A stretch of DNA of 64,000 nucleotides from Candidatus Latescibacterota bacterium (GTDB lineage Bacteria > Latescibacterota > UBA2968 > UBA8231), in contig OZ253462.1 of assembly GCA_965261395.1 (NCBI GenBank), forward strand, positions 5,184,001-5,248,000, written 5' to 3'. The translations under genes and the position numbers were made by a program. Below are positions 29,101-36,589 of the stretch, in pieces. Each line of letters begins with the position of its first letter. Within the stretch, counting starts at the first letter, position 1. The notes below the pieces were generated by a model, which saw only the letters and a program-made list of their open reading frames with translations, did not search any database and had not been told where the DNA came from.

Positions 29101-29424
29101 CGACGCCCGCAACCCCTCCGGCGGCACGGTCGAAGTCCGCGCCCCATTCGGCCACACCGCGTACAAGGGTACCGACTCATCCTCCCACTCCAACCGCCCA
29201 CCCCGGTCCATCGGCACCACCACTGCAAAGGAGTCGCGTCGCGTCGCCAGCCCCAACGCCTGCAACCGCCCCTCTACATACTCCGCCGCTTGGGCACTCC
29301 CCGGATACCCCGCCACTCGCGATCCCAGTGAGGACAAATGCTCCACAATAGCTCGCGGCTCTGCAGAAGCCGCCACCGGGCCGATGGCAAAGGCGATCAA
29401 AAAGGCGATCATCAGCGCAATCAT
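23158..29424 (-). CDS. Giant fusion: M28-peptidase-like/PA domain + FtsX-like permease + C-terminal polytopic DUF6785-like transporter domain
   Basis: Signal peptide; SRVAGYPG, HAYYD, PGAEAA (M28-like); ERLREIGIYSSVGLAPLHI (FtsX); ERLAYPMVQLP and WWPLHPLGF (DUF6785/6784-like). One continuous ORF of about 2088 aa. Confidence 0.75.
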   Translation of the reverse strand: MIALMIAFLIAFAIGPVAASAEPRAIVEHLSSLGSRVAGYPGSAQAAEYVEGRLQALGLATRRDSFAVVVPMDRGGRLEWEDESVPLYAVWPNGARTSTVPPEGLRASAIWGGDGDWGDFNGQEVAGRVVVLDFASGDAWLKAASLGARAVVFVAADSATTQQAQGKYVRAPLDVPRFWVEGAAGQRLRRRLVDGEVEVGLWGRMDWQERVAYNVWAVVPGKDAGTSRDETVLIHAYYDAPSVVPARAPGAEAAVSVAALLEVVARLQANPPAHTVVIAALGAHFQGRQGMVAFLDRHARRQEYYAARLAEPLDIALFIGLDLSSHGERVVLWNNTDSYALKRFFVPFGRRFTEYAEALGRAEAVANGISPIRGMDWDSYMPGGLVADGELALETGFPSLTLATVGDARFALDLPQDTGESVAWDHVEGQAALVADLLAYALADTALLAGRERLEEALEDRLRDLRVKARTFPRRSQVPDRPVAGALVAVQVEKEQRKGVRDTRYFLADAAGTARVPGLVQGTYPLAVAALDAERGVLTHVVDLSTRAQAHHGKPGADGRLATNVRWPQNEQIAVLFPGVGRPLYGLVEPRLLRALNQVKVLSADGGEPGQYGYALGPSSIGSVGVIYGPVDAAADDRVKVILDGQLLLLNSEGSQSEVEARGRGFLLAEEGFGAATLQAAQDVWNLDAARLGVLKEHGIENQRLTRLHAQAAAAIAEAAAAAEQLKWDEYIAWSRKALGLETRAYPEVLATLNDVLEGVIFFMALLLPAAFFGERLLFAAADIRRQLAGFGLLLLAIWLILAQVHPAFELAEPLVVLLAFAIMAMAALVLCMLVSRFNRVMAQHQSQQMRVHAQDLSRLSASYAAFMLGISNMRRRPLRTGLTLATLTLLTFTLLSFTSFEQQIRYASFQLPHAGSYPGILIRDRGWERLTPEALDYAESHFGGSGWMGRRGWYAAEGGKGGWIAVTAAGNAVRATGLLGLTPEEAQITRVDASLVAGSFFAADDEATCILPLDMAEALGIGVGDQVEVFGRVLKVRGIADPERLGELRDLDDESLMPADFVLSGAEVLQLGAAQDVDIADEEDPHELRPFIHLKPHHVVLVPYQTLAEAGGSLRSVAVRFPGATDGQALVEDYLTRVAATLFVGSPEGEVTALSSVGLTAVEGLGALAIPALVAALIVLNAMMGAVHERLREIGIYSSVGLAPLHIALLFVAEACVYAVLGTTLGYLLGQGLGRVLLALGLLQGITLNYSSLAAIGAALAVMGVVLLSTIYPARQAARQAVPDVVRRWRPDPPSGDEWLFEFPFMLGEGEIEGVCGFLANYFGAFGRATLGDFYVEDMQVTQADGYRLSFTLWLAPFDLGVSQEVVVEFVSAEARARAMEVRLRRLSGEHHYWQRLNLRLVEALRKQMLIWYALREAERVQHVESARALAAKQAEERVEQQLAAEQSASFTWRGFAVGALLALGIGMGAPYAVIMLQGSYMALNSSSPGAIFLFFVLVVGGNTLLRALGRGLALGRADLVLIYAMMLLASAVPTQAFVGYLIPIISGLYYYATPENNWGEIFFPHVTPWLAPQDRQAIVGLHEGLPPGESIPWGAWSETLGYWYVFFLVLSFMMLCMSSILHRQWSQHERLAYPMVQLPLKMVEEGRPGFKLAPLFKQRLLWIGFAVPFVLLSFKGLHYYFPAVPQPIQSAGLLSWIGNKLNLHWVYAWIGFFYLVNLNISFSIWFFYVFNKAQEGIFADLGIASSEKLSLYSYSQTADLTHEVMGACLIFVGYTLWMGRQHLGAVWRKAWRGDPTVDDSGEMLSYRVAVFGFLASLFFVGVWLWASGVPLAILPLFLLVCLLFYVFVTRAVATAGLATARSPMVAAFFVISAVGAPVIGAKGLTALTFTYIWQSEMRLFPMIAAANSLKLAEAVVGSKRRLFWGMALALVVSLAGATWIIFQVCYEHGGINLHPFFMTRQAGRTFTDMARPIVDPLPADGRGWFFTGIGGLFEAVLLWGHHRFYWWPLHPLGFIVSVGWLANQVWFSVCIAWALKLGIVKWGGMPLYERAKPFFLGLILGEATAAGLWLCIDGVLGETGHFLSYM

Positions 29425-29585
29425 AGCGTCCCAATATCGGCCCCCAACGTCCCGTATAGCAAGCAAACTAACGGACGCGGCTTTGTCGGCACGGGCTGGA
29501 GTACCGCTTCTGCGACGATTATCTTTTTGCAAGGGGGAACTTCAGCTATCGGCAAGACGTTCAAACGCAATTGAAGGAGGGCTTC

Positions 29586-30815
29586 ATGCTCTACCGCATC
29601 GCCGCTATCGGCTTCATTTTTGCCTGCACGAGTGTCGCTTGGATCATCTTGGCGCAGGTCGTATCCTACCGCACCCACCACCAAGATACCAAGCTCAAAG
29701 CCGCGGTGGGGCAATTGTGGGGCACCCCTCAGTCCCAACGCGCCCCACTCCTGTACTGGACCACCGAGGAAACCGTCGTCACACAGACCTCCGACGGCCA
29801 AGCGACAGAGCGGCGTCACCTCCTGCCCCTAGAAGCTAGCCGCCTACAAATCGATCTACATCTCGAACACCGCCGCAAGGGCCTGCTGTGGTACGCCACC
29901 TACCAAGTGGCACTAGACGCCACCTATACCGCGACCAACGCGACCGACCATCCCCTCGACCTGACCTTCGATCTAGCCCTGCCTACTTCCCAAGCTGTGT
30001 ACGACGATTTCGCCCTGTCTATCGACGGCCAACCCATCGCTCCGCTGCCTCTAGCGGAAGGGCACTTGCAACAGCCGTTGCATTTAGCGCCGGGCCAGAG
30101 TCGCCAGATCCGTCTTTCCTATCAATCGCAGGGTTTAGAAGAATGGTGGTACCGCTTCGGCGACCACGTCGAGCAAGTCTCCGATTTCGAGTTGATCATG
30201 CACACTGATTTCGACGCCATCGACTTCCCACGCGAAAGCCTAGCACCCACTCAAAAGGAGCGCACGGCCGATGGCTGGCGTCTCACTTGGCAGTACGACC
30301 GCTTGCTCACCGGGGCTTCCCTCGGCATGGTCATGCCCGCCCGACTCAATCCAGGTCCCTGGGTACAAGACGTGACCCAAGCCGCGCCCATATCCCTCTT
30401 TCTCTTTTTCTTTGTGCTATTTGTTTTCGCCGCAGTAAAAGGCATCGATATCCATCCGATGAATTACTTCTTCATCGGCGCGGCCTTTTTCAGCTTTCAC
30501 TTGCTTTTGGCCTACCTAGCAGACCACTTGCTCATCCACTACGCCTTTTTGGTAGCTGCGGTGGTGTCCGTTTTCTTGGTCGTCTCCTACATGCGGCTCG
30601 TGGTCGGCCTGCGGCTGGCCTTGATCGAGGTGGGCTTGGCTCAACTCATTTACTTGGTGCTCTTCTCCTACACCTTCTTCTTCGTCGGCTATACCGGCTT
30701 GGCCATTACCGTCCTGTGCATCGCCACGCTCTTCGCCGCCATGCAGCTTACCGGCCGGATGGACTGGTCGGCCGCTTTTGCCCAACCGCCAGCCACTCCT
30801 CAAAAATCCAAGTAG
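29586..30815 (+). CDS. creD: CreD-like inner membrane protein
   Basis: RBS GAAGGAGG; N-terminal TM, periplasmic domain (RRKGLLWY), C-terminal IHPMNY...FHLLLAYLADH multi-TM region typical of the CreD family. Confidence 0.65.
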   Translation: MLYRIAAIGFIFACTSVAWIILAQVVSYRTHHQDTKLKAAVGQLWGTPQSQRAPLLYWTTEETVVTQTSDGQATERRHLLPLEASRLQIDLHLEHRRKGLLWYATYQVALDATYTATNATDHPLDLTFDLALPTSQAVYDDFALSIDGQPIAPLPLAEGHLQQPLHLAPGQSRQIRLSYQSQGLEEWWYRFGDHVEQVSDFELIMHTDFDAIDFPRESLAPTQKERTADGWRLTWQYDRLLTGASLGMVMPARLNPGPWVQDVTQAAPISLFLFFFVLFVFAAVKGIDIHPMNYFFIGAAFFSFHLLLAYLADHLLIHYAFLVAAVVSVFLVVSYMRLVVGLRLALIEVGLAQLIYLVLFSYTFFFVGYTGLAITVLCIATLFAAMQLTGRMDWSAAFAQPPATPQKSK

Positions 30816-31034
30816 CCTAGCCCATCACCCGCAACCGCTCAGGCACCTCCACCGGCTCCCCCCACGACACACCAGCGGAAAGTGCGAACCGGCCTCGGCC
30901 ATAGGCGCATTATCGGGCAAATCGACGAACTGTTTCATAAGGTGCTCGCCGCTTTGGTCGAAGCGCGCCGCGCCGGTCATGTAGTGGATGGCAATGGCGC
31001 GGCGGGGCCGGGGCGACTGATTGAAGGGCGAGCC
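30811..31034 (-). repeat. Direct repeat copy A: displaced 3' end of the PhyH gene (frameshifted remnant)
   Basis: 224 bp matching 35652-35876 with about 8 substitutions and one 1-bp deletion (manual alignment). Confidence 0.95.
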
Positions 31035-31114
31035 TGAGCCCTTCGGGCAGAGGTTGGCGCTGAGACCAGAGTTAGGAACTACTGCATATCTTTCATCAGG
31101 GAATAAATTGTAGA

Positions 31115-34100
31115 TTATCCAAGACGAAGCTCAACGGTGATCGTAGGTTTGTCCTTCCGTGCTGTCTTCACCGCAGTCGCAGTAGCGACTATATTGCTTC
31201 CTGAGTCGATTTCAGGCGCTAGGCGTTGAGCCAGACCCCGCGATAGGAAGCCGACTTGCCCAGCCTTATGACGTACGGTGACTGCATTTGAGTCTACAGG
31301 GTTGTCATAATCTCGGCGAAGTTCAAGTTTGTCTCCTGATCTAACTCGCAGCGCAGCAATTCGGCGTTTTCCGTAGGACGCCCCAACCACTTCCTGCTGA
31401 AGAGGAAGGACTTCATGGAGCGGCCTAATTGGATTAAGTAATGGATTGATCGCCATTCTTCCCAGCTTGTATCTGAGGTCGTCGAGCACATATCCAGTAA
31501 CCTCATGTTCGTGACGCAGTGAGTCATCAGACAAGCTAGACAGCCAAGCAACGAAGTTTTCGTGGGAAGAAACATCCGAAGCTTGCTCCTCAAAGCCTTC
31601 TGCCAAGCGAAGTGCAACATCCCGCGTGGAAATTCCTATAGACATCGCCCACGAAGCCACTGGGTTAGGTAGTCCATATTTCACCATTGACGGATAGCAT
31701 CGAATGTACTCTGAAAGTCTCTCATCTTGGATGCCTAAAAACTCTTTGGAAATCCGAAGAAGCGCAGAGATAATCCAAGGCAATCTATATCCAAACAACT
31801 CTTCTACATATCGAGATATACTCTCCACCGAGTCCGTATCATCCGGTGTACTCTTAACTATCTCCTTTATAGACATTCCGTCCAACCAGTGACCAAGCAA
31901 GACCTCGGGGTCACCCTCAAAAGCAGTTGTGGTTTCTGCCTCGGGCAATTGAAGACTAGCATCAAGCACTAGGTGGTTCAATGATTCGAGGTCATCGTAT
32001 CCGGCATTGAAAAGCAGATCACGCAATTTATCTGCGTTTGCATCCACGAATTGCCTTAGCGTCTCACAAGAGGAACTGCTTAGGCCAGTTTGGGCATAAA
32101 CCCGTCGCCACGATGGGGCGGGGGCTCGCCTGAACACATTCTCAGCAGCCAGTCGAGCGGACCTGATTAGTGGATCGATATCCACATCCTGACTATAAGC
32201 CTGCTGCAGTGCGTATGTTCCCGCTAGGCTAGTGATCCATTTGTCGGAGTCGCCAAGCTCAAGCCCCTCTTCCACCACAATCGCAAGTATTTCTGGATCT
32301 AGAGTCGCCGCAGCATTCTCTATCGACTCCTCGGAAATGCGAGAGGAAACGAGTTGTTGGAGAAGTTGAAACAGTGCTCCAGAAACGGGCTCCAGATTCT
32401 TAGGATTTCTATAGTGATTATAGTCTCGTCTGTCCGAGGGATTCAGAGTTATGTGGACAACCAAGCCTTCTGTCTCATGCCCGGCACGACCAGCACGACC
32501 AGCTATGTTCCAGTAGTCACGCAGAGGAATTCGCGAGCGTTCGCCTTCTTCGTCTGCACGCCATGTGCTGTGTATAATCACGGTCCTGACAGGCAGGTTA
32601 ACACCTTGTGCTAGAGTATTGGTCGCAACAATCACTTTGTAATGACCGGCACGACAATCAATCTCAATGGCCTCTCGAACGACATTAGGCAACCGTCCGT
32701 GATGAGGAGCGACCCCTTGGGACAAGGCTTGCGTGGCGATATGTTCTTCTCCCAGCCACTCCCTCGCGAGTTTGAGAGATCTGGTCGGCACCGCACCGGC
32801 AAAGTGGGGATGGATCGGTTCTTCAGCCTGTCGCCTATACTGGATAGATTTATTGAGGATCACCTTGCATATACTCTCAACCCATTTTGGTTGTGTGCAG
32901 AACACGAGCACGGGACCTTGCTCCGAAAACACATACGCTAACTCGGCAGCAGTATCTCCCTTACCCGGCTTTGGATACTTCCGAACCCGCCTGCGCCGCG
33001 TATCAGGATTTATGAAAGAATACTCTCGTTGCTGGATAGCTCCAGGAACAAATGAATCCAAATTTGAAATTTCTGGATCCCGCTCGAATCGGATGACACC
33101 ATTAGTACCTTGCCATTCGAATAGCGCTCGTCTTTGAATTGTTGGTCGCCAATTCGACATGACAGTTCTATCAGGCGAATCCGCAAGCCATGTAGCAAAG
33201 TCTTTCAGCGTTGAATCCGGGACCACGGCGGACATTACCAAGAAGCGGCTCGTTGGCAATCTGTTCTTTATTCTGCTTAACAAAAACTCAAACTTGATAC
33301 CGCGATTTGCGTCATCCATGATGTGGACTTCATCCAACACTATCAGCTTGATCTGATCAAATACCTCTGGGCGGAGGCGCAGAACAAGGTCCAGCTTTTC
33401 GGGCGTAAGTATTAGCAGATTGGCTGTTCGCAGAAGAAACTCCTCAAATTCATCCGACTCGTAAGAACCGATGACGGATGAAACTCGATAACCCAAGTCA
33501 TTCAATACCGCCCCCATACTCCTTTCAACTTCTGATGCCAAAGCACGATACGGAGCAACAAACACGCACTTGGCTTCGGGATGCCGCTGAAGAGTGTCAA
33601 GGATGGCCATTTCTGCGATACGTGTCTTACCACCGCTGGTAGGTAAACGAATGATAGCACTATCATTTGAATCCAGGAAACCAGATTCAAGCACTTTTAT
33701 CTGGGATGGCCATAGTTCAGTCACTCCACCAGATAGGGGCCTTGCAAGAAGAGTCAAGTAACGCCTCCACACTTCAGATTTCCTGGAATGGCGCTCAAGC
33801 TGGGACCAAGTGCTTCGCTTTATCATTAGCGGGAGCACTGATTGAATTCCATACGCGATGTTCGAGTGTAATGGAGCGCCGAGTCCAGTGAATATCTTAG
33901 TAGCTTCACCCAACAACTCCATCGCTTCACGATATGCCGGTTGAGCACCACTCAGAAAAAAACGGCACGCTTTGGATAACCCGTCTGCAAGAACGACTTC
34001 ACCCAACTCTAAAGATAGAGCATCTAGGGGCAGCTCAAGGTCTGGTGGGAACTGGAGGAGACGATTGGCAAGCTGCTCAGTAACAATTATCCTCCGTTGT

Positions 34101-34549
34101 ATGAACGACGCGACAAGTGCCAGGGCATCCGCCCTCGAATCGGGTTGAGGCTCGGGCAAGACTTCCTTAGCGAGATATGCTGCGTTGGCTTGGTAGCCTG
34201 CAAGTTCGTATGCTAGGGCAGCATTGAGCAGGGCGGTTGGCCTTGTTATTCCCTCGGTTAGTTCAGCTAGACTCTCCCACGCGAGAGCGAGTTGGCGCGA
34301 GTGTCCTTCATTTCTTTTTGCATAGTCTGGATCAGCAAGGGTCGCTGCCTCAAGCGCGTACAAAGCGGCGGCTGAATTTCGAGAAAAACGATTTGCAACA
34401 TAGGTCCAGTGCGGGGGGTGCTGAAGCTCGCCTATGGCCTGCAATGTTGCCTTCGACCTAACCTGAGCCAGTTCGCTCTGGAATCCTGGGTCGGCCAACA
34501 CAGATTGCATACGAGATTGCAAATCAATGTGAGTGTCATTGGTCATCAT
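31115..34549 (-). CDS. hamB: Hachiman HamB-like SF2 (Ski2-like) DEAD/DEAH helicase with C-terminal HIRAN domain
   Basis: LPTSGGKT, TPEK, DEVH, SAV, HHGRL, TNTLAQGVN and AGRAGR motifs; C-terminal VVGASY...LELRRDYDNPVDSNAV...VGFL (HIRAN); low GC; start overlaps hamA. Confidence 0.82.
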   Translation of the reverse strand: MMTNDTHIDLQSRMQSVLADPGFQSELAQVRSKATLQAIGELQHPPHWTYVANRFSRNSAAALYALEAATLADPDYAKRNEGHSRQLALAWESLAELTEGITRPTALLNAALAYELAGYQANAAYLAKEVLPEPQPDSRADALALVASFIQRRIIVTEQLANRLLQFPPDLELPLDALSLELGEVVLADGLSKACRFFLSGAQPAYREAMELLGEATKIFTGLGAPLHSNIAYGIQSVLPLMIKRSTWSQLERHSRKSEVWRRYLTLLARPLSGGVTELWPSQIKVLESGFLDSNDSAIIRLPTSGGKTRIAEMAILDTLQRHPEAKCVFVAPYRALASEVERSMGAVLNDLGYRVSSVIGSYESDEFEEFLLRTANLLILTPEKLDLVLRLRPEVFDQIKLIVLDEVHIMDDANRGIKFEFLLSRIKNRLPTSRFLVMSAVVPDSTLKDFATWLADSPDRTVMSNWRPTIQRRALFEWQGTNGVIRFERDPEISNLDSFVPGAIQQREYSFINPDTRRRRVRKYPKPGKGDTAAELAYVFSEQGPVLVFCTQPKWVESICKVILNKSIQYRRQAEEPIHPHFAGAVPTRSLKLAREWLGEEHIATQALSQGVAPHHGRLPNVVREAIEIDCRAGHYKVIVATNTLAQGVNLPVRTVIIHSTWRADEEGERSRIPLRDYWNIAGRAGRAGHETEGLVVHITLNPSDRRDYNHYRNPKNLEPVSGALFQLLQQLVSSRISEESIENAAATLDPEILAIVVEEGLELGDSDKWITSLAGTYALQQAYSQDVDIDPLIRSARLAAENVFRRAPAPSWRRVYAQTGLSSSSCETLRQFVDANADKLRDLLFNAGYDDLESLNHLVLDASLQLPEAETTTAFEGDPEVLLGHWLDGMSIKEIVKSTPDDTDSVESISRYVEELFGYRLPWIISALLRISKEFLGIQDERLSEYIRCYPSMVKYGLPNPVASWAMSIGISTRDVALRLAEGFEEQASDVSSHENFVAWLSSLSDDSLRHEHEVTGYVLDDLRYKLGRMAINPLLNPIRPLHEVLPLQQEVVGASYGKRRIAALRVRSGDKLELRRDYDNPVDSNAVTVRHKAGQVGFLSRGLAQRLAPEIDSGSNIVATATAVKTARKDKPTITVELRLG

Positions 34550-35312
34550 CGACTACCTCCACTTCAAGCTCCAAAAATGCCGCGTCAGTGAGTTGCCTAA
34601 GACCAGTGATTCTTGCAATGTACACATGTAGATGTTCAATATCAAGATTTTCGTCTTCAAGATTTTCGAGGATCCGCTCATCCCATATGGTATTTTCATA
34701 TAAGATCATCAAGAGAAACTCATCCAGCTCAGCATCACGATCAAATATGTAGGCTTCGATCAATTCTGTAAGTGGATCACCCGTTTCTCGCAGTTGGCGA
34801 GCCACAAAGGTCAGGATTTCAGAATCCACGTTGTCCGCATCTTCCTGTAGTTGCTTTGTTCCTTGAACAGCTACAGAAAGGTCTGCAGAAGTGCGAAATT
34901 TCGACTCGACGAACGCTACTTTGACGAGCTTACCATCAGAAAATTTAAATGCAATACAGTCGGTTCCGGGTAGGGTCTGATTCGCACTGATTTTGTACCT
35001 GAGCTTCATCACGGGGACACGATAGCCTTCCACGGTCTTGAGATATTCAACGGTTACGGCTTCCCCAAAATCGCCGCGCCTCACTGAGGGCAGCATCCCT
35101 GCACGGGACCTAAGAATTTTGTCGCGAACTTCCCCGTATCCGTATCTTGCTGCTACATTGGCGAGGTAGTCAGTGTCCCAATATGCGTCGGTCATAAGAT
35201 CGGCGAATTCGGCAGCCGATGGTACTGAATTGGTCTCTTTGAGGTCAGTGACCTTAAATGAAAAGCTAGAACCTGCTCGTAGAGCCGGGTTTAGCCAGTT
35301 AACTATATTCAA
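34536..35312 (-). CDS. hamA: Hachiman HamA-like (DUF1837) nuclease
   Basis: RRGDFGE...KLRYK...PGTD...ESK PD-(D/E)xK pattern; lies directly upstream of, and overlaps, the helicase. Confidence 0.8.
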   Translation of the reverse strand: MNIVNWLNPALRAGSSFSFKVTDLKETNSVPSAAEFADLMTDAYWDTDYLANVAARYGYGEVRDKILRSRAGMLPSVRRGDFGEAVTVEYLKTVEGYRVPVMKLRYKISANQTLPGTDCIAFKFSDGKLVKVAFVESKFRTSADLSVAVQGTKQLQEDADNVDSEILTFVARQLRETGDPLTELIEAYIFDRDAELDEFLLMILYENTIWDERILENLEDENLDIEHLHVYIARITGLRQLTDAAFLELEVEVVDDDQ

Positions 35313-35502
35313 GGTGTCCTTTCTTGGAGTATCGAGTAGAATCGAGGTTGTCCTTCGTTTCGGTTGGCAACGGAAGCGTGATACTCATCGGCCTCAAGGC
35401 CCTACTGCCATCTGGTACCCTTATCCGGGCGCGATGACCGCCTCCAAACGCCACTAAACGCCACTAGTGGTGAGACCAGAGTCGTTTCTTTTTAGGTTCC
35501 AT

Positions 35503-35530
35503 GATGGTTATCTCTTTGAGGATAACCATC
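35503..35530. promoter_or_regulatory. Inverted repeat (operator or hairpin) upstream of hamA
   Basis: GATGGTTATC-tctttgag-GATAACCATC, perfect 10-bp arms. Confidence 0.4.
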
Positions 35531-35651
35531 TGAACGGACTCAAGCGTAAATGCAGAAGACCACCCGAGGCGCTTCGTATGGAATTTCTACGTTCCGATCG
35601 CGGCAACGACGGGATTTACCGAACCGTCAGCTAATCCTCGTCAGTCCGAGC

Positions 35652-35876
35652 AGTAGCCTAGCCCATCACCCGCAACCGCGCCGGCACCCCCACCGGCTCC
35701 CCACCGCGACACACCACCGGAAAGTGCGAACCAGCCTCGGCCATAGGCGCATTATCGGGCAAATCGACGAACTGCTTCATCAGGTGCTCGCCGCTTTGGT
35801 CGAAGCGCGCCGCGCCGGTCATGTAGTGGATGGCAATGGCGCGGCGGGGCCGGGGCGACTGATTGAAGGGCGAGCC
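35652..35876 (-). repeat. Direct repeat copy B: 3' end of the intact PhyH gene
   Basis: Matches 30811-31034. Confidence 0.95.
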
Positions 35877-36542
35877 GTGCCAAGTCATCGAGTGATGGAA
35901 GGAGACTTCCCCGCGCATCACGGGGCACGGCCGGGCCTCGACCTCGCGGATCTCGGAGTCGGCTGGCGGAGTAAAGCCCTGTAGGTCCTTGAAGTTTTCC
36001 AGCAGCGACAAATCTCCCTGCGTGCGCAAAAATGCAATCTGGTTGCCCCACTTGTGGCTGCCGGGCACCATCCACATGCAGCCGTTGTCCTCAGTCGCGT
36101 CGTCCAAGGGAATCCACGCCGAGACCGGCGTCATCGGCTTGATAATCGGCCACAAGGGCGCGTCTTGGTGCCAGTGAGTCGAGCCGCCGTAGCGGGCAGG
36201 TTTGTACTGGATTTGGTCGTGCCAGACCTGGAGGTCGTCATGGCCGGTAAGCTGGCTGATCCCCCGGACGACAGCCGGGTGGTAAATTAGCCGCTCCCAA
36301 GCCGACGCGGCCTCCCAGATATTGACGATCTGCCACACCGGATGCTCGCTGACGCCGCCCCCGCCGGCTAGGTCGCGGAAGGATACCGGCTGCGCTTCAC
36401 CTGGGGCAAAGCCGTCCGGGCCTTTGGTCAGAATCTCGTCGAGCGCGTCGCTCAATTCGCCGAGCTCTTCGTCGGAGAGCACCCGCCCGCCGTTGAGAAA
36501 GCCGTTGCAGTGGAATTCGTCGATCTGTGCTTGCGTGAGCAT
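35658..36542 (-). CDS. Phytanoyl-CoA dioxygenase (PhyH) family Fe(II)/2OG oxygenase
   Basis: MLTQAQIDEFHCNGF, WHQD, NGCMWMVPGSHK, WHGS..N.S..PRRA motifs. Confidence 0.9.
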   Translation of the reverse strand: MLTQAQIDEFHCNGFLNGGRVLSDEELGELSDALDEILTKGPDGFAPGEAQPVSFRDLAGGGGVSEHPVWQIVNIWEAASAWERLIYHPAVVRGISQLTGHDDLQVWHDQIQYKPARYGGSTHWHQDAPLWPIIKPMTPVSAWIPLDDATEDNGCMWMVPGSHKWGNQIAFLRTQGDLSLLENFKDLQGFTPPADSEIREVEARPCPVMRGEVSFHHSMTWHGSPFNQSPRPRRAIAIHYMTGAARFDQSGEHLMKQFVDLPDNAPMAEAGSHFPVVCRGGEPVGVPARLRVMG

Positions 36543-36561
36543 CGTCCATCCTTTCACCGAT

Positions 36562-36589
36562 GTAGGGGCGACCGGCCGGTCGCCCCTAC
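36562..36589. repeat. GTAG-type REP-like perfect palindrome
   Basis: GTAGGGGCGACCGG|CCGGTCGCCCCTAC, 28-bp perfect palindrome overlapping the stop codon at 36586. Confidence 0.7.

Noticed and set aside
30811-35876. Repeat pair as a diversity-generating retroelement TR/VR
   Set aside because: Mismatches are not confined to adenines on either strand, there is an indel, and no reverse transcriptase is present in the window. The same holds for the 46881/48130 pair.
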